Assembly: GCF_006345805.1 (NCBI RefSeq)
Contig: NC_042998.1
Coordinates: forward strand, 58,714,001-58,778,000
Reading direction: 5' to 3'
Length of the DNA stretch: 64,000 nucleotides
Origin: Octopus sinensis
Lineage: Eukaryota
Shown here one piece after another: positions 52,501 through 64,000 of this stretch (positions are counted from its first letter, which is position 1; each line of letters starts with the position of its first letter). The notes under the pieces are model-generated. The model had not been told where the DNA came from. It did no database searches and saw nothing but the letters and a program-made list of their open reading frames with translations. The translations under genes were made by a program, and so were the position numbers.

Positions 52501-53183
52501 ATATATATATATATGTATATATATATATAGACCAACGTGTGCGTACGCCGCTATGGTTTATATATAAAAGAATACAAAATGGGACAAAAACGCAAAACAT
52601 CCAGATAGACGATACAAAGAAAACAAGGACGAGTCATTCGGAGTTTTCTTTCTTCAGTCGAGTTCCATATTATCTTTGCAATTTCGGCTGGTTATACTCG
52701 AGATTGCTCCAATCTGGCCAGCCCCAAGGAAAAACTAAGCTAAGAGCATTAGATTCATTGGAAGAAAGCAGCGAATGTATACGAAAACAAGGACGGGAAA
52801 CTACGTAGTCGAAAGACACCTGTAGTTATGTACTGTTATTTGTATTTATGTAACATTCTCCATTTTTCCATCCTTGTTTTCGTATGCATAGTTGCTTTCT
52901 TCCAAAGAACCTAATGCTTTAAGCTTAGTTTTTCCTTGGAGCTGGCCAGATTGGAGCAATCTCGAGTATAATCAGCCGAAATTGCAAAGATAATCTGGAA
53001 CTCGACTGAGGAAAGAAAACTCCGAATGACCCGTCCTTGTTTTCTTTGAGTCGTCTATCTGGATGTTTTGTTGTCCATTTCTTGTATCACATTACTGTCT
53101 GGATGTTTTGCGTTCTTGTCCCATTTTGTATTTTATATATATATATATATGTGTGTATATATATATATATGTATATATATATA

Positions 53184-53307
<124 letters not shown>

Positions 53308-54347
53308 TATACATATACACACACACAATAGGCTCTTTTGAGTTTCCACCTACCAAATCTACACTTGCCCAGGTGCGAAGGACTGAATTCGCAACCATGT
53401 GGTTGGGAAGCGAACTTTTTACCGCACACCCACGCCTTCTTACATTTGATAAACTGCAATAAACGATTTATTCGTACATTTGTACTCTTTAATCCTTCTG
53501 AAGAGTATATCCACGCACCCATGCATGGACACACACACACAAACACACACACCCGCACACACACACACACACACACATACATATACTTGAGAGTGCATCA
53601 AAATTTAGTTTACATGTATACGTGTAAATACATACATACATACATACATACATACATACATACATACATACATACATACATACACACACACACATACAAA
53701 TATACATACATACATACATACATACATACATACATACATACATACATACATACATACATACATGCATACATACATACATACATACATACACATGCATAGA
53801 TGTATACACAATGTACACAGTTGTATACATTCAGAGGAGATAAATTTATTTGTACGAGCAACTGAAGGATTACAAGCAAGATTTTTAACTTGTATTTGTA
53901 TTTATTCTTCGATAATTCCAATCTAAGTTTTATGGTGAATTTGAATTATGAGTTATGGTGTATTAGATGTACCAGAAGCCATGTTTAAATAAACGAAATA
54001 CCACAGGAAATAAGTTAGAGATATTTAAGTATGCCAGGTGGGTTTTTAGTAATACATCTGTCACAGCTTTCCGGCTAACAAAGATCAGATTTCTTCTCAC
54101 AAAGTATGAAATACTTAATTCTGATAAATTATCGCCATTTTCTTTGTGATTTGGATAATTTTTATCGTACATCATTCAGTACAGCAACGCCTACTAGAAA
54201 TTTCATAATGATTTGAGTACTGAACTTTATATCAATGTCAAAAATACTGGTTCAATAATTAATTTGTAGTTCGGCCAAGCTACTTTTACTCTGTGCAATA
54301 TATACTACTTTTGTACCCCCACCCATAATAATGATAATAATAATAAT

Positions 54348-54903
54348 TGCCCTGATGCAGTACCAGACAGTGTCTCTCATGGCTTCTGATCTTAACTGAT
54401 TGGAATGGTTATCATGTACATTGTTTTGTCTTGGTATAAAAGATGTGCTACAGTAAATATTCTGCTCAATACCACAGATTTGTTTGTCAGTTAGATGACC
54501 TTAAACAGTTGACAGTGTCCTTTGGTGGCTGAAGATATGCGCACCTCTGATCACGAGCAGAAGTAGTGGGGGAGCATCATAGCCATGTGTAGAAAGGAAT
54601 TCTTGGAGGTTCGATAATTCACCTTTGGAAACATGGGTGGTTCGTTCAACATCCTTAAACAATTCTTATTCAGTGACCTTTTGAGCGAGATGGGCTACTT
54701 GACCAGAAGAATATTCTAACTGAGCCCCACCTGCAAGACCACGCGCTGTTTATCTTGATATGAGATCACCATGTCGCGCATATATGGTTGTGATGTATGT
54801 GCCTGATGTACCCTTATTAGGCAGGTAGTCATGATGGGTATATTGGACTTCATATATTTGTACCCCAGTGTCACTTTGATGGCATGCACTGCTCTCTCAC
54901 TCA
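54348..54903. mobile_element. non-coding interspersed element embedded in (TAA)n
   Basis: (TAA)n on both sides; partial copies at 13028-13068 and about 51975-52090. Confidence 0.65.
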
Positions 54904-56099
54904 ATAATAATAATAAATAACAATAATATTGATAATAACAATAATAATAAGGATACTATAAAAAGCTGAGCCACGTTTATGATACCACACTTCCTTTAAA
55001 TAATGCCGAATTTAATATCATGTTACTGCTTAAAATATTACATTAAAGGTGGTTCACCTAACTTGTTTTCGTTTTATTACTTTTTCACTTGTACATTATG
55101 AATCAATTGTCAGAATTACCAGAATTGCCCATAATATATATACATACATACAGAAACACACACAAACCCATCACTGCAAACAGTAATAGGTTCTCTTGTG
55201 TAGCGGTTCACAAACTATGATTCTGTATCATACCAAAAGCTTCGCGAAGAAAGTATTTTCTATTTACTTTTGACATTTTATGTGAATGAAAAGTGCGCAT
55301 GAATATACCAAACTAAATTGGTTTAGCGTAGGGTGTGTTTAAGGCAATGTGCAGTCAATTTGGCTACGGTATAGGGAGGTCAAAACCCACTCTACACCTC
55401 TGGTAAACCATAGGCATAGGGTCTATGTGGACTAGTGGTTAGTGTGTTCGGATCATGGTCATAAGGTCGTACGTTCAATTCTTTGACCGGGTCGTGCGTT
55501 TTGACTTTGATCGAAGGACTTCATTTCACGTTGGTCTCGTCTATTCAACTTTAAATGGCTGCTAGTAGGAATCTGGTATAGCTCGCTCTCTCCCTTCAGT
55601 TACCATATCATATATATGCTGTTGGATCTAGTGTGAAGCGATTGACAGCATAAACATTTAAATGCTGAAGCATAACAGAACCGAGGAATATTTCCTCTGA
55701 GGAAATTTTCACTGGCATATAAACTAAAATAATACAAAATAACGCCATGGAGGGGTAAATACCTGAAAAATATTAAACTGAATCGTGATGACAAAAGGTT
55801 GTAGACGATCTATCAAATAAAATTAAAATAAAATTGATGCTAGCACGCATCCCACTTTGACTCTCAATGTAACACAAAACTCTGCAAAGCTTGAATTCGT
55901 CTGTATGCCCTGAGTCATCAGGATGGACATCCAGATCTTCTTAGTGCTTAATATAGGCCCAACCGATTTACTATATCACACACACACACACACACACACA
56001 CCACACACACACACACACACACTCACGCGCATTCCGTTTATTTGAATCCTTATTGTTTATTAACGATTTTTATCAGATTATAATATAATTCTCCTTCAT

Positions 56100-57230
56100 T
56101 GTTCATGACTTCTTGCCAATATTCCTTTAGCTCTTCAATTGTCAATGTATTAGTGGTAGAAATCACCGGGTTTTGACACAAAGAATTCATGGAGCAACGT
56201 TTTCAGCTCAACATCGTTGAATGTAATATCTCGAAGACTGTTGGAGAGTGACCGTAAAAGGTAATAGTTTGAAAGTGCTATAGCAAGAGAATACACTGGG
56301 TACAGAATTCTTGAATAGCAATTTTGGTTAAATTAGCGACGTAGGGGTCAGTGTTATCGCGTTGAAGCATGTCTTGTCGCTGGTCAGATCGTTTTAGCTT
56401 GATTGCCTCGTTGAATCGGTGCATTTGCTGACCACGTTGTTGCTTTTAAGCTTTTCGTAGTAGATTAGCCATTTTTAATCCCATCAAACGCAGATCTCAC
56501 TTGGCATGAGGTGTTGTCTATTTGTCGGAACTCAACCATCAACGTAAATACACCATTTTTATCGCCGGTAACGATGCGGAAAATAAATCACTTTCATCAG
56601 GAGTAGGTTGGCGTCAAGCAAACTTGTGTAGGAGAGCTAAAATTTATCTCCTTCATTCAAAGCGTATTGCACCCATGCACCGAATGTTTGAACCTTACCT
56701 ATCGACTGACGGTGACGGGTGAAGGTATCATGAGAGCATCCCATCCGCTGGGCCATTTCCCTTGTGGAATGGGTTGGATACTCGAGGATAAGCTCGTTCA
56801 ATTGGTCTTCATTGGATTGAACAGAGTGACCAGAAATGGAGAAATTGTGAGAACTAATTTCCATTCTTTGAAGAAGGAAAACCATTTTTATACAGCTCTT
56901 TAAGTAATAGCACCTGATTTTGTACAAAGACCTGTTTTGTCTCAAGCGGCTTTGGCAGTTTTGGAACCTTGGTTGAAAGCGAAAAAAGCAGGTACCAAAA
57001 ATGTTCATTTCTTTCTACTTGGCACTCCATCGTCTGATAAAAGTCCATAAGTCTGATAAAAAAGGTAAAACTTCTCAAATTTCAAAAACAATAAACAAAA
57101 GTTGTAAAGGTAGAATAAAGCTACAGAAACAAAAACAACAAACAAAAACATAAAACACTACGATAAAAATATTTTTCGTGTTAATTCAAATACCATTGGA
57201 AATAAACCAACGAATTTATCTGACAGCCAT
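56100..57230 (-). mobile_element. decayed mariner element
   Basis: STREMAQRMGCSH...IGKVQTFGAWV (WVPHEL-like motif); boundaries approximate. Confidence 0.7.
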
Positions 57231-57238
57231 ATATATAT

Positions 57239-57289
<51 letters not shown>

Positions 57290-57290
<1 letters not shown>

Positions 57291-57627
57291 AAAAAGAAAT
57301 GAAGAAAATGCTGACAAAATAATTTAAGTAAGGGAGAGTGTATTTAATTAGGTGAAAGTTCTTTTTACCGGTTGCGCATTTGTTATGCTTATCAAAAGAT
57401 ATTTTTTAAAGAGAGATAGAGTTCCTTTCTGATAGACTTTTTTTTCTCTTATCTGATAAGAGAAAAAAATTCTATCAGAAAGGAACTCTTTTGATAAGCA
57501 TAACAAATGCGCAACCGGTAAAAAGAACTTTCACCTAATTAAATACACTCTCCCTTACTTAAATTATTTTGTCAGCATTTTCTTCATTTCCTTTTTTTAT
57601 ATATCACAACTCGTGTTCCACATCTCC
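57290..57627. mobile_element. fold-back PLE-type terminal-repeat insertion with U3-A8 hammerhead-like motif
   Basis: Palindrome centred at 57454; TTGATAA-GCAT..ATGC-GCAA-CCGGTA at 57491-57520. Confidence 0.7.
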
Positions 57628-57635
57628 TTTTTTAA

Positions 57636-57704
<69 letters not shown>

Positions 57705-57707
57705 ATA

Positions 57708-57744
<37 letters not shown>

Positions 57745-58052
57745 AATATATGTCTCACCGTGGGATTGCACCTAGAAAGTTACCCTCCCAGGTACAAGTC
57801 CAGGCAAGGTTGTTTATGGAAAACCAGCAGTCGCCCATGCATACCGGCCTGTCCTCTCCACACCGCTAGTGTTATCCAAGGAAAAAGCAGATACAGCTTG
57901 GCACCTGTGGTGTCGCAACTCATTTCTACAGCGGTCTTACTCAAGAACACAACACGCACCCCGGTGCGGGATTCAAACTCACAACCTCACCATCGTAAGC
58001 TCGACACTCTAACAATTGAGTCATGCGCCTTCACATGTATGTGTATATATAT

Positions 58053-58572
58053 ATCTTTATATATATAAAACAGAGAATGTGTGTCTGTGTGTGTGTTTCC
58101 CTAAAACTTGAGAACTACACAACCAATTTCATTCAAATTTTACACATGCCTTACTTAGGGTCCGGGGAGTGTCAGCGTAGGGCAAGCCCACTGCAATATC
58201 ATATCTTCTCCACTACGATTCCCTAAAACTTGAGAACTACACAACCGATTCCATTCAAATTTTACACATGCCTTACTTAGGGTCCATGTAGTTTCATGGG
58301 CAAAAAATGTTCAACTTCTTGCCTAGAGCGAGCCCATAACAATATCATATCTTCTCCACTATTTCAGTATTACGTGTTAAAAGTGAAACAAAAACGTTTC
58401 TCTATTTTATGTCAGATACTTTCACATTAACAATAAAAATAATAATAACAATTGAATTATATGTAGTAAGTAATAATTAAAATCAAACTAAAGTAACATA
58501 ACAAAAGTAAAAATAGCAATTGGTATAAAATTGCATCAATGATTTGAACTTGAATAAGTGGTTTCACATGAA
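58053..58572 (+). mobile_element. non-autonomous Helitron-like 5' part with internal ~125-bp tandem duplication
   Basis: Starts TCTTTATATATATAAAA like the 5' end of 62083-62456; repeat unit ttccctaaaacttgagaactacacaacc at about 58097 and 58219. Confidence 0.55.
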
Positions 58573-58688
58573 TGGGAATAAATTAAAAATAAAATTAGCG
58601 TGCAGAAATGGAATAGTCCAGATGGATAATATAAAATTAAATTAAAGAAAAGACTATTGTCTATAAAGTATGTAATGTAGAGAAAAAA

Positions 58689-60367
58689 GGTCGCGTTTTT
58701 TTTGCGCTCTGTAAAATTCGGTTAAAAAAGAAAAAAGAACAAAAAGTGAATTGTGGTTGCGGAATTGGAACGTCGTTTGGTGCGGTTTCGCGTCGCACTG
58801 GTTCTGTGCGTCACACGTTTTCTGTTCGGGAGGCCGTTTTTCGGTCTGAGGCGACTATGAGCCGCCTCTACCAAACGGATGAGATGGAAGGGAGAAATTT
58901 CTCTGAAAATTCGTCGACATCTGAGGAGGAGTTGGCGGTGAAAAAAATGGAAAGCACCTACGCAGGTATAACGAAGAAGTCAACAGAAAAAGAGATAGAC
59001 CTGGCTAAGTTGACGGACTTCCAGGAGTTCATGAAGGAGGAGGAGAACGGAGAGGTTGAGCTGTTGCCTCTAGCAGGGCGCGGAGACTGGTTCCATCGTA
59101 GAACCATTAAATATAAAGTATTTATGAATGGAGGTAGAAAAATGGAAGTGTTTAACATGGAAGCAATTGAAGAGGCTTTCAAACAGACAGGAGAAGAAAT
59201 TGTGTACATGACAAAAGGATTAGAATATGGAACCATAACGGTACAATTTAAAAGTGAGAAAGCAGCCAGGAATATAGCAGCCAAGGTGGTGAGTACAGAA
59301 AAGTTTTACTTGTTCCCCTCGTATCTGAATATAAGGACCACCAGAATTAGGGTGGAAGGAATACCTCCACACCTAGAGGGCGAATTAATAACGGCTGCGG
59401 TTATCAAAGGAAATGAAGATAAAGTGGACATCCTCCACGCCATTATGAAATATGAAGGCGTGAGAGGTGCTACACTAGTGATGAACATACAGACGGAGGC
59501 GGAAGTTATAGAAAAGCTTACGGACAGTATAAAAACTGGAAATATTATTATGAGAGTGTGGGTGGAGGGTAGGGCGCCCAGGTGCTACAAGTGTGGCCTG
59601 AGGGGTCACATAAGAGCCTACTGCCCTCCCCCACCAAAGGAAAAAGAAAAGGAAATCGTCGCGGAAGCCCCAAAAGAGGAAGAAACCAAAGAGAACCAAA
59701 CGGAAAAAGAAACGACAGAAGAAGAGGAGATGCAACAAGAGTGGGAAGAAGGAAGAAAAAAGAGAAAAAGAAAGAAAAAGAAAAACTGTGCGAAGCCCCA
59801 ACCCACCCCAACACCACCCGCACCCTCTGAATCCCACCCTCCCCCTGCAGACAGTGAACCCACCCGCTCCCCTCCAACAAGAAAACAAAAGAAAAATAAT
59901 AATACATACAGACAAGTGTTTGAAAACGAACCCAGGCCGAACATTTATATTGTGACTGAACAGAAAGAGGTTGAAAGGGTAATGGAGGAGTATGAATGGT
60001 ATCAAATGGATGGGACCAGATATGCAGTGCTGGAAAAGAAGAATATAGATGAGTTTGTGTTGAGGTGTGAAAGGGAGAATTGGGAGGTGAAAGATACAAG
60101 AATGAGCGATGAATTCGTGGAATATATGGAGGACAGTTTCGGAGTAAGAATGGATATGGATGGTCTTCGTATTGGGAATGAACATTCAGGTGACAGTGAA
60201 AACAAAAGGACAGATAAGTGATGCTGGCGGAGGGGGCCGTTAGCATCGCTTTCATATTATCATTTTTTCATTTTCATTTGCTCATAAATTTAATCATATT
60301 GTTCTATGTCCCCCATGTTTTGTTATGTCCGCCATTCTTCGTGGCCCCTGGTGGGTAATAAAGAAAT
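58689..60367 (+). mobile_element. ORF1-only non-LTR retroelement (HAL1-like organisation)
   Basis: CpG-rich 5' leader, single intact ORF, short 3' UTR ending GCCCCTGGTGGGTAATAAAGAAAT; no ORF2. Confidence 0.75.
58857..60221 (+). CDS. gag-like / LINE ORF1 protein with CCHC zinc knuckle (454 aa from first ATG)
   Basis: Uninterrupted ORF; VEGRAPRCYKCGLRGHIRAYCP (CX2CX4HX4C), then acidic, basic (RKKRKRKKKK) and Pro-rich tracts. Confidence 0.85.
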   Translation: MSRLYQTDEMEGRNFSENSSTSEEELAVKKMESTYAGITKKSTEKEIDLAKLTDFQEFMKEEENGEVELLPLAGRGDWFHRRTIKYKVFMNGGRKMEVFNMEAIEEAFKQTGEEIVYMTKGLEYGTITVQFKSEKAARNIAAKVVSTEKFYLFPSYLNIRTTRIRVEGIPPHLEGELITAAVIKGNEDKVDILHAIMKYEGVRGATLVMNIQTEAEVIEKLTDSIKTGNIIMRVWVEGRAPRCYKCGLRGHIRAYCPPPPKEKEKEIVAEAPKEEETKENQTEKETTEEEEMQQEWEEGRKKRKRKKKKNCAKPQPTPTPPAPSESHPPPADSEPTRSPPTRKQKKNNNTYRQVFENEPRPNIYIVTEQKEVERVMEEYEWYQMDGTRYAVLEKKNIDEFVLRCERENWEVKDTRMSDEFVEYMEDSFGVRMDMDGLRIGNEHSGDSENKRTDK

Positions 60368-60861
60368 AACATGGAGGAAAGTACCTTCGAAAAGTGTCTT
60401 GGTGCGACTATGAAAGGTATCTAATCAGAGGCGGTAAATTCGCCACAATAGAAGCAAGGTTCGAGTCAACGGAACGTGCAAGGGAGTACTCGACTCGAAC
60501 TTGCAAAGTGGAAATATTATATTTTTACCTTTATATCTGGGACGTAGGACGTCCCGGAAAAAAATTTTTAATGCACCCCCCCCCCCAGAAGTAGCGCTAG
60601 GCTGGATTGTAGCCACACTTCTATACAAGAGGGAGGACAAGATACAATTGATCGAAATTACAAGAGACGGGCTAACAATTCCAGTCTGTTATATATTTTG
60701 AGTATTGATATCACTAGCGATATCAAGATATAACTTTGTATTTTGTATTTTATGTGTAGATGTGTATATATAGATGTACATGTAATATGTACACATATAT
60801 ATATACGCATATATACATGCACTAGCACTATGACCCGGCAACGACGGGTCTTTAATGCTAG

Positions 60862-60904
<43 letters not shown>

Positions 60905-61105
60905 TGTGTTTGTGTGTGTGTGTGTGTTTGTGTAAATATTATAGGTGCAGGCGTGGCTGTGTGACAAGAAGCTTGCTTCCCGACCACATGGTTCTGGGTT
61001 CAGTCCCTCTTCGTGGCACCTCGGGCAAGTATCTTCTTCTATATCCTCGGGCCGACCAAAGCTTTGTGAGTGGATTTTGTAAACGGAAACTGAAAAAAGC
61101 CCGTC

Positions 61106-61171
<66 letters not shown>

Positions 61172-61224
61172 CTATATATTGAAGAAGACAAGGTCTCACC
61201 TTCAGTATCTCTAATGTGAGATCT

Positions 61225-61318
61225 CTTCCCTGAAGAAGGAGGCTCGTTTCATCCTATGATGGAATTAATCTACAAACATTAGTATGGTTCGCCGAGCCCC
61301 TTGAAACAGTAGTTGGAT
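61225..61318 (+). ncRNA. hammerhead-like motif (C3-G8) in a probable PLE terminal repeat
   Basis: TCC-CTGAAGA-AGGAGGCTCG...CGAGCCCCTT-GAAAC-agta-GTT-GGA. Confidence 0.55.
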
Positions 61319-61556
61319 TTCTATTACTTTTCCTCCACCCCTTTAATTCTCTATAACATTTCTAATCTGTGTAATTTGGACCTTTTTTATATGTATACAT
61401 ATATATACGTTTTGTAGTTCATATACTTAATACACTTTATATATTGATCTGTCTAATTCGCTTATCCCTACATTTACCTCTATACCCGCTTAAGTTTAAA
61501 TCTATTGAGCACTACTAAGCTTATTCTATACGGAGAATATTTGGATTTCATCTATG

Positions 61557-61654
<98 letters not shown>

Positions 61655-62082
61655 TTATGTGCACATTAGTAGGTCTTTGATATAGTTTCCGTCCACTAAA
61701 GTCTACTTACAAGCTAGAGATGAACCTAAAGACGGTCAACCTTAATGTATGGTGTAGTAGTGGGAGATTGAACTCGAGATCGCGGATAACTTTTTAATCC
61801 CACAACTACGCTTGTGATCCTGTATATTCGTACAACTACATACTCATGGATAGCTTATGTTCCAACTCAGAGTCTTTATATTTAGAGGATGTCATCTTAT
61901 TTTCTACTTGGCTTTTGTCCCACAGCACCAGATATCCACATCCATACACTAAGATAGCGCATTAACCGAAAACGTCCGGATTTAGATTAATCAAAACACA
62001 GTGTAGCAGATAAAGACATGGAAATTAATAGTCTGGAGATTTAATGTATCATAGCAACGACTCATCTTTGAAATATAAATAA

Positions 62083-62456
62083 CTAGCAGTATCGCCCGGC
62101 GTTGCTCAGGTTTGTAAGGGAAATAACTATAAAGCATTTTTAGAGAGTTATAGCCAAAAAATGGAAAAAAATATGGTAAATTTTTTTTTGAGAGTTAAAA
62201 AAGGATGGAGTTGCGTCCCCTAGACAGTTTGTGGTTCGTGTTTCTAATTCTCGACCCCATGTCGAATTTATCGATTTTTTTCAGAACTGGGGGAACTTTT
62301 CAAAATTTTCGCTGCGTTAGTTTTGAATTATGACATTGGGCTATGTGTGTGTCAAGTTTCATCAGAATCGGTTGAAAGCCGTGGTCAGGGTGAGGGTACA
62401 AGCAAACAGACACACAGAAACACGCACAGACAAACTGCCGTTTATATATAGAGAGA
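62083..62456 (-). mobile_element. non-autonomous Helitron
   Basis: Minus-strand 5' TC, subterminal hairpin, CTAG 3' end, inserted between A and T. Confidence 0.8.
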
Positions 62457-62809
62457 TTAATGTAAGAAGTGGAGGTGAAAACACAGGATACTGTAATTAA
62501 TTCTTTGTAATATTTAATTTCGTACCATCGTGATTTCAAATCACTAGGTGTCAGATTGTACCTGTCATCCCTTTGTGGCCTGTATATAAAAGTATTATTT
62601 ATAATAAAATAGTAATCTCGCTTCATCAGTACATCACTGTAGTGTTGTTGTTTAACTCCTGATCAACCCTATACGAGCAGATCTATGATCAAAAGCATTT
62701 CAGTCATGATCAACTGGTCATTCCAAATGTCTAGGGTCACATGTATTGATATGGCCATCCACTTTTTATTTGAGGGGATTTGATTGTTGTTTTCAGAGCT
62801 TTACTCTCA

Positions 62810-63057
62810 TTCCATTCAGCAGCAGCGAAATGGAAGAAGCCTCGTGGCAGACCCCGCACCAGATGGCTGGACGTGATTAAAGAAGATCTCCAGAGGCTTG
62901 ACATCACATTGGAGGATGCAGTGGGGCTAGTACGGGACCGCAAGGGATTTAGAGCACTGGTGGAACTGGTCGGCTCTCCTCATGATGACGTCTCACGGAC
63001 CACTAACCGGGGATGTCCCCAGCCCTATCAAGCAAGAGTATGAAGCAAGCAAGCAAA
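62810..63057 (+). mobile_element. RTE LINE 3' end
   Basis: WKKPRGRPRTRWLDVIKEDL..DRKGFR; (GCAA)n tail. Confidence 0.8.
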
Positions 63058-63759
63058 CGGTAAGAACAGCTGTGTTGCCACCAACATTGGCTCACTTGCC
63101 ATGTATGACTAAAGTAGTAGCAGTTTCTGTTTCTGTACAGCCCTTATCTGTTTCGATCAAGAAATCTTACTCCAACAGGATACTCATTCAAGCAATTTGA
63201 CGTGACTCACAGACATTTTCTTCTCACTTGTACAATCTGCCTAACTGAGGGCCACATCGTACACTCCAGAATACAGTATTGAGATGCAGTGTGTCTGGAC
63301 ATGCTGTACGCTCTTCCTTGTTTTAAAATATGTGAATATACTGGACATGGTTGTGTTGCAAAGGAATTTGCTTTACAACATAGCGTCATGTTCAGTCCCA
63401 TTGTGCAATACATCCACAAACAAATTGGCTATATGTCTTCTTTCAGAGACAAAAGTCGACCAAAACCTTACGAGTGAAATTTAGTTGTTGGAGAAAGTGT
63501 CTGACTTTGAAGGGTAATCTTCCTCCGTTACCGAGTTCAACTCCAACATTTGGCCCTCGGGTATCTTTAGCGATTACCCTTCAGTTACAAGCGTTCATAT
63601 TACGTCTCCAGTTTGACTATATCTACTTCACTCTCTACCATTTTTCCTGAATCCCTTTCAACGGGATAAATTATAGTTTAGCTCTTATCTGTTCTGAGAA
63701 ACTTTAATTTATATATAGCTTTTTCTTGTTTTATTAGTATTCTCATTTAGCAATGCAAT

Positions 63760-64000
63760 CATTATCATCCTTCGACCAACCTATGGTTGGTTGGAACTCC
63801 AGTGACAATCCCCTTTCATAATACACGGTCCTGCATTGCTGTGTTCAGATCTCTAATATCCAACCCTGAGTCCCGAGATATAGTATCTGGAAATGTCAGT
63901 TTCCTTGAGAAAAAACTTCTAAGGGGATGCGATAGGAGAAAGGATGAGATAACCTCTTTTTCTGCTCGATGAAGTGGCCAAGTCGTTTCTGCTTTAGCTT
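63760..64000 (-). mobile_element. RTE-like LINE 3' end (runs off the window)
   Basis: RAEKEVISS..RKLTFPDTISRDSG..DLNTAMQDR. Confidence 0.7.

Larger units (their letters stand above)
58641..60680 (+). pseudogene. older decayed ORF1 paralogue split by the 58689-60367 element (pieces 58641-58688 and 60368-60680)
   Basis: KEKTIVYKV | NMEESTFEK..YLIRGGKFATIEARF..FLPLYLGRRTSR..PPEV..WIVA..EDKIQL aligns by eye with RRTIKYKV..NMEAIEEA..YMTKGLEYGTITVQF..FPSYLNIRTTR..PPHL..LITA..EDKVDI. Confidence 0.7.

Noticed and set aside
52990-53035. CTGAGGA...CCGAA as a hammerhead (also at about 23450-23480, minus strand)
   Set aside because: I could not form stems I and II or an intact GAAA.
58746-58856. N-terminal 37 aa of the 491-aa ORF call
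   Set aside because: Begins at GTG; in a eukaryote the first ATG (58857) is the plausible start.
59475-60255. 235-236 aa minus-strand ORFs
   Set aside because: Antisense shadows of the purine-rich ORF1, with no recognisable domain.

Overview
AT-rich, microsatellite-dense eukaryotic DNA. The SINE, RTE and PLE repertoire looks like an octopod cephalopod (Octopus); this is an inference. One host gene is present: the last 12 coding exons (1417-27969, + strand, all GT-AG, phases consistent, about 419 aa visible) of an M17 leucyl aminopeptidase of the C. elegans W07G4.4-like type; its 5' exons lie upstream of the window. Nearly everything else is transposon-derived: tRNA-derived SINE families, RTE/CR1 LINE ends, R4/Dong-type RLE retrotransposon relics, Penelope-like element (PLE) pieces, mariner/Tc1 elements, a Merlin-like MITE family, Helitron pieces and a solo LTR. 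Most short ORFs in the track are microsatellite artefacts. Two things stand out. (1) Five loci carry minimal hammerhead-ribozyme-like motifs with three different core 3-8 pairs (C-G, U-A, G-C); three lie in fold-back insertions and one of these has a tRNA-like SINE head. (2) An intact ORF1-only (CCHC gag-like) retroelement at 58689-60367 shares its 3' terminal 24 nt with a local SINE family and is inserted into a decayed paralogue of itself.
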